DNA of 64,000 nt from Candidatus Poribacteria bacterium. Lineage in GTDB: Bacteria > Poribacteria > WGA-4E > WGA-3G. The notes under the pieces are model-generated. The model searched no databases and had not been told where the DNA came from. It saw only the letters and a list, made by a program, of their open reading frames with translations. A program made the position numbers and the translations under genes. Every line of letters starts with the position of its first letter. Positions within the stretch are counted from its first letter, which is position 1. Location: assembly GCA_964291315.2 (NCBI GenBank), contig OZ219753.1, forward strand, positions 1,280,001 through 1,344,000, given 5' to 3'. Below are positions 9,747-19,867 of this stretch, one piece after another.

Positions 9747-9869
9747 GCAATGCTATCTCAAATTAATTGCCGAATGGGCTGTTTTTAACGCAATTTTAGG
9801 GACACATACACGATAATTTATCACAAAGTCGGGCAGATGTCAAGTAAGATCATCATTTACGGTTTTCCC

Positions 9870-9898
9870 TTGACGTGCTTCGCGAAATTCGCTATTCT
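9870..9898 (+). promoter_or_regulatory. sigma70-type promoter
   Basis: TTGACG-17-TATTCT upstream of the 9971 gene. Confidence 0.5.
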
Positions 9899-9970
9899 TT
9901 ATCACGAACAATTGAAAAAGCTGAGTTCTGCAAGTTCTATTTCAATTTCTTGAGGAGAGGGAGTATACCG

Positions 9971-11050
9971 ATGAAAACGTATCGCGCCGCTGTTATCGGC
10001 TGTAGCCGGATGGGTGCCTTTATTGATAACGAAGTCCCCGGTTACGAAGCCATTAAATTACCTTATTCCCACGCTGCAGGCTTTTTTGCCGAAGAACGGA
10101 CCGACCTCGTCGCATGTGCTGATCTGCGTCTAGAAGTCATGGAACATTTTGGAAACCGATATAATGTTCCAAAATCTAATCAATACACTGACTATCGTGA
10201 CATGCTTGAAAAAGAACAGCCTGATATCGTCAGTGTTGCCACACAACCCGAGCATCGCGCAGAAATTGTTATTTACGCAGCGGAGCACGGCGTGAAAGCC
10301 ATCTATGCAGAAAAGGCGATGGCGGCTTCTATGCACGAAGCGGCAGCGATGCTCGCTGCAGTGGAAAAAAACAGGGTCGCCTTTAATCTCGGCACAAATC
10401 GCCGGTGGCATACAGGCTTTGACAAAATGAAGGAAGTCATTGACAGCGGTGAAATTGGCACCCTACGAACCTTGATTATCTATTCAAACGGCACACTTTT
10501 CAACACAGCCAGCCATAACTTCGACCTAATTTTACGTTTGAATAGTGATGCGCCTGCAAGTTGGCTCACAGGGTATCTTCCGCAAGGTGATTCGGTTTTT
10601 GATGGGGATGTGCTGCAAACCGATCCGACCGGGGCGGGAACAATCCAGTTTGAAAACGGCGTGATTGCGCATGCCCTCCTAACGCCACGAAGCGGTGAGT
10701 GGGAAGCAATTGGAGATGCAGGAAGCGTTACATGCTGGAACAACGGGTGGCAGTGGCAGCTCCGTAAACGGCAAGACATACCAGGGTGGCGGACCTGCCA
10801 AGCCCCCGAAACTTTTCCTGCCTTTGAACGAGCCAGTAGCACAGCAAACTTGATCAAAGACCTTGTCCATGCGTTAGATACAGGACAACCCACCCGAGGT
10901 GGAGTCCGGTGCGCGTATGCCAGCACTGAACTAATTTTTGGCATAATTGAATCACATCTACACAACGGTGCGCGCATTGAACTCCCGTTAAAAAACTCAA
11001 AAATCCGTTTACAAAGAAATCCATCTGCAAGACAACCACGGGTAGAGTAA
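9971..11050 (+). CDS. Gfo/Idh/MocA family oxidoreductase
   Basis: AVIGCSRMG, PDIVSVAT, AEKAMA and NRRW motifs. GAGG RBS before ATG 9971. Confidence 0.9.
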   Translation: MKTYRAAVIGCSRMGAFIDNEVPGYEAIKLPYSHAAGFFAEERTDLVACADLRLEVMEHFGNRYNVPKSNQYTDYRDMLEKEQPDIVSVATQPEHRAEIVIYAAEHGVKAIYAEKAMAASMHEAAAMLAAVEKNRVAFNLGTNRRWHTGFDKMKEVIDSGEIGTLRTLIIYSNGTLFNTASHNFDLILRLNSDAPASWLTGYLPQGDSVFDGDVLQTDPTGAGTIQFENGVIAHALLTPRSGEWEAIGDAGSVTCWNNGWQWQLRKRQDIPGWRTCQAPETFPAFERASSTANLIKDLVHALDTGQPTRGGVRCAYASTELIFGIIESHLHNGARIELPLKNSKIRLQRNPSARQPRVE

Positions 11051-11100
11051 CCGTAGCAGGCATGATGTAAGCTTTGTCTATTCTTTGTCTGTATAATTCG

Positions 11101-12042
11101 CTAAGGCGCGAGCGATGCACACCGAATACCCTCTAATTCCTGAGCACTGAAGACCCCTGCTCGATAGAGATTCCGATACTCTTCAGAGACACTTTGACCG
11201 AATATTAACAAATCGTCTGTGTTGACTGTCACCGGCACGCCGTTGTCATATAAGATACGAATGGGATGTGAAGCGATATCCGGCACAGCGTCTAACATCA
11301 CGTTGCTCGTTGGACACACATTCAATTGAATCTGATTTTCCGAGAGCCACTGCATGACTTCGACTGATTCTGCGGCAGCGATACCGTGCTGTACCTCGTC
11401 TAGGTTAAGCACTTCAACGGTTCGCCTGATGTCCTCCGCGCCCCCAAATTCGCCAACATGTGCTTTGAGTTTCATCCCTGCTTTGCGGGCGTTTTTATAT
11501 AAAGACTTCACCGCTTCAGGCGCACACGCTTCTTGATGGCTATATAGATCAATCGATTGAAATATGTCTAATTCTATCGCTTCGCGCGCCGATGCCATCC
11601 ATTTTGGATCGGCAGCACACTCTCGCGCAAAACCGAGTTCGGGACGCACGTCAATCTGCTCCTGATACCGCTCAACTAACAGCTCAATAAATGCGCGAAG
11701 TTCGGTTAAACCCCCCGGATAAAACTTGACCAACCGGATGTCGAAACTCATTTCAAGTAGAACAACCCCCTCTTGGACGGCATTGTTCAACGCCGATACC
11801 GCGATGAACTCAAAACCTTGACGGTGTTCTAAGTGGGGCGCTAAAATTCTATCTATGTATTCCATCATCCCCGCAAGTCCTCTCATTTTCTGAGGAGGCT
11901 CGGCTAGGCGCTGACCGAGCCAGTGCTCCACGTTTTCTCGACGGGCACTTAAGAAAGCATGACAGTGAACATCGGCTTTAGGAGCTGTTTTTATAGCGGT
12001 TAAGTTATCGGTAGAGAGTGCTTCAACGAAATCAATAGACAT
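11101..12042 (-). CDS. Adenosine deaminase family metallohydrolase
   Basis: DVHCH, AHVGE, QHG, CPTSN and NTDD motifs. Confidence 0.9.
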   Translation of the reverse strand: MSIDFVEALSTDNLTAIKTAPKADVHCHAFLSARRENVEHWLGQRLAEPPQKMRGLAGMMEYIDRILAPHLEHRQGFEFIAVSALNNAVQEGVVLLEMSFDIRLVKFYPGGLTELRAFIELLVERYQEQIDVRPELGFARECAADPKWMASAREAIELDIFQSIDLYSHQEACAPEAVKSLYKNARKAGMKLKAHVGEFGGAEDIRRTVEVLNLDEVQHGIAAAESVEVMQWLSENQIQLNVCPTSNVMLDAVPDIASHPIRILYDNGVPVTVNTDDLLIFGQSVSEEYRNLYRAGVFSAQELEGIRCASLAP

Positions 12043-12064
12043 TTTAGTTTTTCATCCAAAGGTA

Positions 12065-12847
12065 TCACGGTGCCGATGGTTCTTTCTTCGCGACGATGGC
12101 AAAACTCACATTGTAAGCCATTTCGTGTGCCCAGCTTCCCGGGGGAGCATCAATATCGGGTTGGGTCCAAGGACGTTCCTCAACATGCTCAATCCGAAAA
12201 CCGTTAGCCAGAAGTCCGTTGAATATATCCGCCAAGTAGTGTCGAAAGTCGAAGGCCCCATCTGAATGCCTATAAACCCTCTCAGAATAAGGTTCAACAA
12301 CACGATAAAATTCTCCATCCCATTCCAAGGCGTGCATTGCAGGATTACCAAAATCTACGCGATACCAGCCGCTAGGACGGATGATCCTTGATACGCCTTT
12401 ATAGATTTCATGCACAGAGGGGATCCAGCTCATAGAAGGCCCTTGATAGACAAAATCAAATGAGGTATCTTCAATTGCGGACAAATCTCGAATGTTGAGG
12501 CGGAGCGTTTCTATCGGATAACCGTAGTGTTTCGAAGCCGCAATATCTCCGTCCAGTTGCCCCTGCGTGAAATCGAGCACAGTCACATGAGCATTCAGCA
12601 GGCCGAATACTGCTGACTGTTGTCCGCCACCTGCTGCGAGGCACAACCCCTTTTTGTTAGCAACATCTTTGAGTAGATACGCCGGATAAATTTGATAAAG
12701 ATGGTACGGAATCGGATTAAGTTGACCTGCAGCGTACTTTAGAATATCGTCTCTATCAAGGTCTATCCACGGGACAGTAAAACCGCCTTTCCTTAAGACT
12801 TCAGCTTCCCAATGTGCCCGATTGGCGATTGTAATTTCGTCATTCAT
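12065..12847 (-). CDS. Class I SAM-dependent methyltransferase
   Basis: LCLAAGGGQQ motif I variant, SFDFV, IIRPSG. Confidence 0.88.
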   Translation of the reverse strand: MNDEITIANRAHWEAEVLRKGGFTVPWIDLDRDDILKYAAGQLNPIPYHLYQIYPAYLLKDVANKKGLCLAAGGGQQSAVFGLLNAHVTVLDFTQGQLDGDIAASKHYGYPIETLRLNIRDLSAIEDTSFDFVYQGPSMSWIPSVHEIYKGVSRIIRPSGWYRVDFGNPAMHALEWDGEFYRVVEPYSERVYRHSDGAFDFRHYLADIFNGLLANGFRIEHVEERPWTQPDIDAPPGSWAHEMAYNVSFAIVAKKEPSAP

Positions 12848-12871
12848 AAGGTTTTAAACGTGGGGGTAATT

Positions 12872-14038
12872 CTACGCGATCACACGTTCTATCCACGCCT
12901 CGTCAATGTCAAGACCGAAACCCGGCGCGTCTGAGGGGGCGACATAGCCGTCTTTGATGACCGAGGTTCCGGGTAATTTAACCATCTCTTTGAGAGGAAC
13001 GCCGGGTGCAGAAACGCCCTCAGAACGCTCACCCCAGGTGATAGCAGGCATGGCAAATGCGAGATGTTGCCCGTATGGGTAATTCATGCCGCCATGCGTA
13101 ATCACGGAGATGCCGTTTGCCTCAGCAATGTGGCAGATTTTGGCTGCCGCCGTAATGCCCCCACACCACAGAACATCGGGCTGGAAGATGTCAACGAGCC
13201 GTCTACCCGCCGCTGCCGCAAACACGGTTGGCAGATACCAATGTTCGCCAGTCGCAAGCGGTTGCCAAGGGACACGTTGGCGTACCGTTTCATAGCCGAC
13301 AAAATCGTCGGGCGGAATGTAATCCTCCAACCACTTCAATCTGTAAGGTTTCATAGTCTCACAGACACGTACAGTATGTTCTACGTCAAACCCGGTCCAA
13401 GCGTCCAACATTAAATCAACTGTATCCCCAATTGCGTCCCGTGTCGTTGCAACCAATTCTTCAAGTTTTCGTAGTCCTTCTAAGCCTTGTGCCGGCCCCC
13501 ACGGAGTGAAGAGTTTTGTCGCTTTGAACCCGAGTTCCATGTACCATTCCTGATCAAAACCGGAGGCGTAGCAGAAAATTTTTTCTTTTTGCGGTCCCCC
13601 GAGCAGTTCATAAACCGGTCTTTTGAGAATTTTGCCTTTGAGGTCCCAGAGGGCACAATCGACTGCACTGATAGCATAACTCGTCAGGCCGGTTGCCCCG
13701 AAAGCAGCTGATGATCGTACCATCATGTCCCACAATTTCTCAGTCGCCATGCAATTTTCGCCAATCAGAAACGGGGCAAAATGGTCTGAGATAATCCGCG
13801 TCACGGGACCGCTATAAAGTGAGATACCGAAGCCCCAAGTGCCATCTTCTGCTGTCACAATACATGCCGGACGTTTCCACTCAGAAGAGGAGACGTGTCT
13901 AGCTTTTCTGTTGAACGACGGATAACGCGCAATAGGACGAGCCAGCTGAAACCTTTTGGCACGACTCGGTGTGCGCGGCGTTGTTGTCGGTTTCGGCGTC
14001 AGTTCAATGTCTACGACGCGAATGTCTTTAATCCTCAT
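12872..14038 (-). CDS. Enolase-superfamily sugar-acid dehydratase (mandelate racemase / L-rhamnonate dehydratase-like)
   Basis: AISAVDCALWDLKGK, LMLD, WLED, TGEH, QPD and PGFG motifs. GGAG RBS before 14038. Confidence 0.88.
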   Translation of the reverse strand: MRIKDIRVVDIELTPKPTTTPRTPSRAKRFQLARPIARYPSFNRKARHVSSSEWKRPACIVTAEDGTWGFGISLYSGPVTRIISDHFAPFLIGENCMATEKLWDMMVRSSAAFGATGLTSYAISAVDCALWDLKGKILKRPVYELLGGPQKEKIFCYASGFDQEWYMELGFKATKLFTPWGPAQGLEGLRKLEELVATTRDAIGDTVDLMLDAWTGFDVEHTVRVCETMKPYRLKWLEDYIPPDDFVGYETVRQRVPWQPLATGEHWYLPTVFAAAAGRRLVDIFQPDVLWCGGITAAAKICHIAEANGISVITHGGMNYPYGQHLAFAMPAITWGERSEGVSAPGVPLKEMVKLPGTSVIKDGYVAPSDAPGFGLDIDEAWIERVIA

Positions 14039-14184
14039 AGAATTCTCCTTTGCTCTGAGGCAATGATGCCTCACACTATTGCGAGATGTCCAATTTCCCT
14101 TGCGTGCCCCTTTTTTCTATTGTATCATAAAGACTCAGGAAAATGTCTTTTATTTCTGTTATACGTGCTAAATAAAATTTTGCT

Positions 14185-14763
14185 ATGGTACATCCGGATA
14201 ACTTTGCAGAACACAATATTCATTTAGAAACGGAGCGTCTGATACTCCGACCTTTTAAGGATGCAGACTTTGATATCGCGCTTCCGTTTTACAGAGACCT
14301 TGATTTTTTGATGGCAATGGAGGAATCTCCACCTGAGGCACCTGTCACAAAGGAATACCTCAAAAGAGCCGGGAAGGCCTTGCGAAAAGACGGATTTCTG
14401 TTCACAATCGTAGAAAAAGTGAGCCGTAAAGCCATCGGTGAGGCGTGCTTGCAGTGGATGAATCTGGAACGGGCGAAAATTGAAGGCGAAAAAGTGATGC
14501 GCCTACCTATCGGAATCTGGGATAAAACGCTGTGGGGTAAGGGCTACGGAAAAGAGATCGTTCGACGCTTGATGGCACACGCTTTCGAAAAACTAAAGAT
14601 CGACCGTTTCTGTGCGATGGATGTCCGTGCCGACAATGCCCGTTCAAAAAGGTTATGGGAGTCGCTCGGATTGAGGGTAGCTCGAGAAGTAGATGACGGA
14701 AAAACGTTGGACTTTGAGATGACACGAGCAGAATACAAGAAAATTGCTCAAACCAACACATAA
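14185..14763 (+). CDS. GNAT family N-acetyltransferase (RimJ/RimL-like)
   Basis: LETERLILRPF, WGKGYG and NARS..L.ESLG motifs. Confidence 0.88.
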   Translation: MVHPDNFAEHNIHLETERLILRPFKDADFDIALPFYRDLDFLMAMEESPPEAPVTKEYLKRAGKALRKDGFLFTIVEKVSRKAIGEACLQWMNLERAKIEGEKVMRLPIGIWDKTLWGKGYGKEIVRRLMAHAFEKLKIDRFCAMDVRADNARSKRLWESLGLRVAREVDDGKTLDFEMTRAEYKKIAQTNT

Positions 14764-14828
14764 ATAAGGTTTCAGATCATAGGAGACTTTGATGTTCAGT
14801 AGACACCTTGCCGAACCCGCCGCGGCAA

Positions 14829-14991
14829 TTAACATACTCCGTTAATAAAGCAACGGGGATTCTTTTGAAAGCGAATCCCCTGCTTTTTAGTGCGGATTGT
14901 GGCGTTCTAACTTCAGTAACCGAAGTCTACGAGGATTGCTTGCGATCGCAAGTCCTGATACCGACTAGGTTCCAAAGGTTGAGGTTTCCGC
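14829..14991 (-). mobile_element. Non-autonomous IS200/IS605-end-derived element (PATE/omegaRNA-like), copy 1
   Basis: The minus strand ends GAATCCCCGTTGCTTTATTAACGGAGTATGTTAA. Colinear with 28403-28568 over more than 120 nt. Confidence 0.55.
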
Positions 14992-15081
14992 AATCTCTAC
15001 TATGTTTATCGCAGCGTTTACATCTCTATGATGTGTTGTCTTGCAACAACCGCACATCTCTTTGTGTGGAGTCTTGGCCGG

Positions 15082-16098
15082 CTATTCCCACGGATACAGT
15101 ACGACCTTACCGCACTCGCCCGTCGCTTGGAGCTCCCACGCTTTTTGGACATCACGCATCGGGAAGGTATGTGTGACAAAAGTGTCTATCTGATCAGACA
15201 CAGATTGAATCACCTTTATTAATTTCGGATAATCACCGAGGTTGTAGTGCCAATTTCCGCGCAGAACAAGTCCCTTCCGAATCATATCCCGACTCGCAGC
15301 GAGCGGAAATTCCCCGCCTTCACCGACAAACGTGACCTGTCCCTTCCGGCGTGCAGCGTCGATCATCAACCGGTGGGCGGCAGATGCCCCTGAACAGTCC
15401 ACGGCTTTGTCAACACCGACACCGTCCGTGAAGTCGAGAATCTGCTCCAAGACATCCGAATCCGTCGGGTTAAACACAACCTTTGCACCTAATTTCTTGG
15501 CGAGCTCCGCACGATACGGGTGACTTTCTACGCCGATGACGCGCGCACCGCGATAGTGTGCATTGATAATACCGCCTAATCCGACCGGGCCCAAACCGGT
15601 AACCATGACTGTATCCAAGGCGCTAACCCCCATCTGCTCCATCGCCCCGAATGTCGGCCCAAGTCCACAGCATGCCATCCCTGCATGTTCGTAGCTGACA
15701 CCCTCCGGGATTGGAGATAGCAACTCGTCTATCTTATGCATATATTGGGCATAAGTTGCCGAAGCCGGATCGGTCCGGAGCATCTCTCGAATATTACGCC
15801 CATTCTGGCAATGGATATATTCACCAACGGCACACAGTGTGCACTTGCCACAACCGTTCTGGGGTTGCACGACGACACGGTCTCCCACTTTGAAGCGACC
15901 CGGTTGCGCGACTTCAACGACCTCACCTGCGGCTTCATGTCCGAAGTGTTCGCCGGTGCCGCCAGCCTCAAATCCTTTGTACTCTGTACACATGGGGACA
16001 GCGTGAATTTTGACGACGACAATATCGCCTGCTGCCCGAGGATCTGGTTTTTCAACAACTCCGCCTTTACCTTTACCAAACATTGCTGCAACTTGCAT
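15082..16098 (-). CDS. Zinc-dependent alcohol dehydrogenase family protein
   Basis: GHEAAG, CGKCTLC...C structural Zn site and GLGPVG motifs. Start at MQVAAMF (16098), after GGAG. Confidence 0.88.
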   Translation of the reverse strand: MQVAAMFGKGKGGVVEKPDPRAAGDIVVVKIHAVPMCTEYKGFEAGGTGEHFGHEAAGEVVEVAQPGRFKVGDRVVVQPQNGCGKCTLCAVGEYIHCQNGRNIREMLRTDPASATYAQYMHKIDELLSPIPEGVSYEHAGMACCGLGPTFGAMEQMGVSALDTVMVTGLGPVGLGGIINAHYRGARVIGVESHPYRAELAKKLGAKVVFNPTDSDVLEQILDFTDGVGVDKAVDCSGASAAHRLMIDAARRKGQVTFVGEGGEFPLAASRDMIRKGLVLRGNWHYNLGDYPKLIKVIQSVSDQIDTFVTHTFPMRDVQKAWELQATGECGKVVLYPWE

Positions 16099-16498
16099 AA
16101 ACAGTACAACCTTCTCTCCACATCGCAGCCGAAACAGGTGTTTTTTATCGTGGAGTGGAAGGTTGGCCTCCTTGTAAAAGTATTCGTTGGGGTAGGATAA
16201 CACAGACATGCCTGTTCTGTCAAGATATATCTCGGAAACTTCAGGGAGATCAGTGTTCTTTTCTTGTAAAACAGATTTCTCAATCCCGACTCGACCTGTA
16301 GGCGCGAACCCTTGCTCGCGGCTCTCCGATGAAAAAGGTTTACTTTCCGTCTGAAAGTGTGGTATACTTGATGAAGCATTATATGCCCCTTTTTGCCTGT
16401 AAGTCCGCGGCACTAATGATTGTAAAAATTGTAAGGCAACTTGTTGATGACCCAAGAACAATTATGCATCCCCGTTAATAAAATAAGGAGAAGGCACA

Positions 16499-17101
16499 AT
16501 GCGGTACCAATTGACTTTCTGGCTCTGTTTAACCCTAATAATTGGTTGTTGTTTTCCTGTAGGTGCGCAGGAAGCCGCACAGGGAGCGTCGCCAGAAAAG
16601 AAAAAAGAATTTGAAGATTTTGCAAAGGTGATTGAAGACAGTAAAAACTACGACGGCTTTTTCAAACTATATCTGAAAAAAGAAAAACTCTATTGCGAAA
16701 TCCAGCCCTCACAATTGGAGCAGCCGTTTCTATGCATGATCAGCCTATCGCGCGGTTTAGGAACAGGATACCTCATCTCAGGTATGACAATGGACGATTG
16801 GCTCCTCGTCTGGCGGCGCGTTGGCGACAACGTGCATCTCGTACGAAAAAATGTGCGCTACCGGGCTAAAAAGGGCACACCGACCGCCCAAGCGGTTGAA
16901 TACAGTTACAACGATTCCATCTTATTTTCTCTTAAGATTGAAAGTATCCATCCACAACGGAAGAGCCTCTTAGTGGATATCTCCCCGGTCTTTATATCCG
17001 ATCTACTCCCCTTAGCACGCAGGGTTGCTGCTGATGCACGCTTTGATAAAACGCGTAGCACTTGGGGAACAGTCAAAGCATTCCCCAAAAAGTGGAGTTG
17101 A
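16499..17101 (+). CDS. Secreted Zn-dependent metalloprotease (DUF5118/DUF5117/EcxA-type), N-terminal fragment; frameshifted
   Basis: Signal peptide, GFFKLY..KEKLYCEI and VKAFPK, then the sequence continues in the -1 frame. Confidence 0.75.
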   Translation: MRYQLTFWLCLTLIIGCCFPVGAQEAAQGASPEKKKEFEDFAKVIEDSKNYDGFFKLYLKKEKLYCEIQPSQLEQPFLCMISLSRGLGTGYLISGMTMDDWLLVWRRVGDNVHLVRKNVRYRAKKGTPTAQAVEYSYNDSILFSLKIESIHPQRKSLLVDISPVFISDLLPLARRVAADARFDKTRSTWGTVKAFPKKWS

Positions 17102-19101
17102 GAGTGGAAGCTGTCTATACCTCACAAAGCTACATAGAGACTGTCCCTGACAGCCGTGGCATCCAATTGACGCTGCACTATAGCCTCGCCGCGCTCCCCG
17201 CCAACTCCTATCAGCCCCGCTTAGCTGACGACAGACTCGGACACTTCATGACGACAATCAAGGATTATTCAGCCCGAGCTAGCGATGAACCCTTCGCACG
17301 ATACGTCCAACGCTGGCACTTGGAGAAAGCGGACAAAGATGCTAAACTCTCGCCGCCGATGGATCCGATTATCTTCTACATTGAGAAAACTGTGCCGCAC
17401 CGCTTCCGTCCTTACATTCGGCAAGGGATCCTGGAATGGAACAAGGCGTTTGAAAAAATCGGCTTCGCCGATGCAATTGAAGCCCGGATCCAGCAGGACT
17501 ATGAGGACTGGGACCCCGAAGACGCACGATACAACACAATCCGATGGGTTGTTGACGCAGGATTCGCAATCGGTCCCTCCCGCGTGAATCCGTTGACCGG
17601 GCAAATATTAGACGCCGATATTCTTATTAGCGATGTCTTCATCAGAGGATGGCAGCGAGTCTATACGACGTTCTTTGATGAATTAGAGCATGAGCGCGAT
17701 CACCCGATTGACCTATCTTCACGGTTCCGGTGTCAAATGGCATCAGGGCTGGCCCATCAAGTCGGATTCATGACCAGCGTTCTACAGGCACGCGGGATGA
17801 TTGATGAAGGCGGGGAGCTTCCAGAAGAATTTATCGGAGAAGCCCTTAGAGCATTGACCATGCACGAAGTCGGACATACATTAGGGTTACGGCACAACTT
17901 TAAAGCGAGTACGATATTTTCTCTCGACGATCTAAACAAAAAGAAAAACGAAGCCCTCATTGGTTCTGTTATGGAATATGACGCTGTGAATATTGCACCG
18001 GAAGGTGAAAAACAGGGGCACTACTACACACCAACAATCGGCCCCTGGGATTATTGGGTGGTGGAATACGCCTACAAGCCGATTACCGCAAGCAAACCTG
18101 AAGGCGAATTAAACGAATTGTCCAAAATTGCTGGCCGTGCTGCGACCGCAGAACTCACCTACGCTACAGATGGAGATGCCAACGCATATCGCTACCGAGA
18201 CATCGACCCGTTGGTCAACCGCGGGGACCTCGGTGCCGACCCGCTCGAGTTTGCCAAACGGCGGCGCGGTATTGTCGTGGAACTCTGGGGCAAAATCACA
18301 GACAAAGTTACAAAAGATGGAAAAGGGTATCAACGCGTCAGGCAGGCGTTTGGAAGGTTGCTTTATGAACACGGTTATGCTATGTATCTGGCAAGCCGTT
18401 ATATAGGCGGACAGTACCACCATCGCGATCACCGCGGCGATGAAAATGGACGTTTGCCATTCGTGCCAGTGCCAGCCAGCAAGCAACGTGAAGCACTCGA
18501 ATTCCTCAAAGAACACGCCCTCTCAGATAGCGCCTTCGATCTCCCACCCGATCTGCTGAACAGCCTTGCAATTACCCGCTGGGGAGATTGGGGCACAAAT
18601 GATTGGAGCTCTACACGTTTGGATTATCCTGTCCATGAGATTATTCTACGCTATCAAAACCGTATCTTAGAACGGTTGCTCTACCCGAATGTCTTGGCAC
18701 GTATCCAAGACACAGAATTGAAGTTTCCGAAAGGCGCAGATGCCTTTACACTCCCCGAACTTTTCTCAGGCATTACGGACGCTGTCTGGACAGAATTGGA
18801 TCGAAATATAGCCGGAAAACAGTGGTCCAACTCGGACGCATTCATTTCCAGTTTCCGCCGCGGTTTACAACGCGAACACCTCAAGCAACTCGTCAAACTT
18901 GTGCTAGATGCAGACGCGGGCACGCCTGAAGACGCTAGATCGCTTGCACGCCGCCATCTTGCACAAATCAACGCCCGGATAGGGCATGTGCTTCAAACGA
19001 TTCAAGGAAGACTTGACGATTATAGTCTGGCACACCTTGAAGCCTCTCAAGTTCGAGTCGCGAAAGCGTTGGATGCCAATTTCCAATTCAATAAACGCTA
19101 A
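17062..19101 (+). CDS. Zn-dependent metalloprotease, C-terminal fragment
   Basis: YQPRLADDRLGHF, WNKAFE, NPLTGQI, HEVGHTLGLRHNF zinc motif and SVMEY Met-turn. Confidence 0.85.
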   Translation: MGNSQSIPQKVELRVEAVYTSQSYIETVPDSRGIQLTLHYSLAALPANSYQPRLADDRLGHFMTTIKDYSARASDEPFARYVQRWHLEKADKDAKLSPPMDPIIFYIEKTVPHRFRPYIRQGILEWNKAFEKIGFADAIEARIQQDYEDWDPEDARYNTIRWVVDAGFAIGPSRVNPLTGQILDADILISDVFIRGWQRVYTTFFDELEHERDHPIDLSSRFRCQMASGLAHQVGFMTSVLQARGMIDEGGELPEEFIGEALRALTMHEVGHTLGLRHNFKASTIFSLDDLNKKKNEALIGSVMEYDAVNIAPEGEKQGHYYTPTIGPWDYWVVEYAYKPITASKPEGELNELSKIAGRAATAELTYATDGDANAYRYRDIDPLVNRGDLGADPLEFAKRRRGIVVELWGKITDKVTKDGKGYQRVRQAFGRLLYEHGYAMYLASRYIGGQYHHRDHRGDENGRLPFVPVPASKQREALEFLKEHALSDSAFDLPPDLLNSLAITRWGDWGTNDWSSTRLDYPVHEIILRYQNRILERLLYPNVLARIQDTELKFPKGADAFTLPELFSGITDAVWTELDRNIAGKQWSNSDAFISSFRRGLQREHLKQLVKLVLDADAGTPEDARSLARRHLAQINARIGHVLQTIQGRLDDYSLAHLEASQVRVAKALDANFQFNKR

Positions 19102-19177
19102 ATGACACTATATCAACATGGGCTCTCTATTTTAAGAATGTTAACTTTGTGAAGATATCGGAAGAGGCGCCGCTAAT

Positions 19178-19867
19178 TCAGATAACATCACGATTTAAAC
19201 GCAACATCTCGTTTCCAGTTTTCTGGAAATGATAGGGAACACGCTCAACTGAGCAAGCAATTCCGTCTTTTTCAAGATCGTTGATAACAGGCAAAAAGAA
19301 GGCGGAAGGGTTGCTGTTGACATCAACGATGGGGAAAATTCTCACTTCTGTTCCGATACGGAGCAGCTCTTGCACAGCATTAAGATGAAACGCTAGATCT
19401 CTATTTGCTGAATAGAAAAAAAGGAGATGTGCGGAGAGCACAAGGTCAAAGCGGCGGTCAGGAAAAGGCAGGTTAGGCAGTGATGCCTCCACATATCGCC
19501 CTTGTTGCTTGCCCCACTCAAAGTCTCGGCAGAACTCCGCCATTGCCTGCATTCTGATCTCTGCTAATTCATCAACAGACGAGAATTTTGTCCAGACGAA
19601 TTTACCTTGATTCTCGCGGGCCTGCGCGATGACCTCCTTGTAGGTTTCTTGGATTTGTTGGCGTAACTCCGCTTCAGAATACCGGTAGATCGGATCTACA
19701 GAAATTATCGGTGTACCGTGCTGATACATCCGAGCATTAAAAGACGCGGGGCCGTCGCCTACACCTACGATGCCCCGCGTCAAATCTCCTTCAGAGAGAG
19801 CAAACATCTCAAGGTACTCATCAAACGATCTGCCCCAAGGCACGATCTCTTTGTAGCGGAAAGCCAT
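19178..19867 (-). CDS. SAM-dependent methyltransferase
   Basis: WGRSFDEY..MF, GDGPASF, LPF....FDLVLSAHLLF and EVRIFP motifs. Confidence 0.85.
   Translation of the reverse strand: MAFRYKEIVPWGRSFDEYLEMFALSEGDLTRGIVGVGDGPASFNARMYQHGTPIISVDPIYRYSEAELRQQIQETYKEVIAQARENQGKFVWTKFSSVDELAEIRMQAMAEFCRDFEWGKQQGRYVEASLPNLPFPDRRFDLVLSAHLLFFYSANRDLAFHLNAVQELLRIGTEVRIFPIVDVNSNPSAFFLPVINDLEKDGIACSVERVPYHFQKTGNEMLRLNRDVI

Noticed and set aside
16099-16461. 121-aa N-terminal extension of the alcohol dehydrogenase in the ORF track
   Set aside because: No ADH similarity, it overlaps the divergent promoter region and REP-like hairpins, and the RBS supports a start at 16098.
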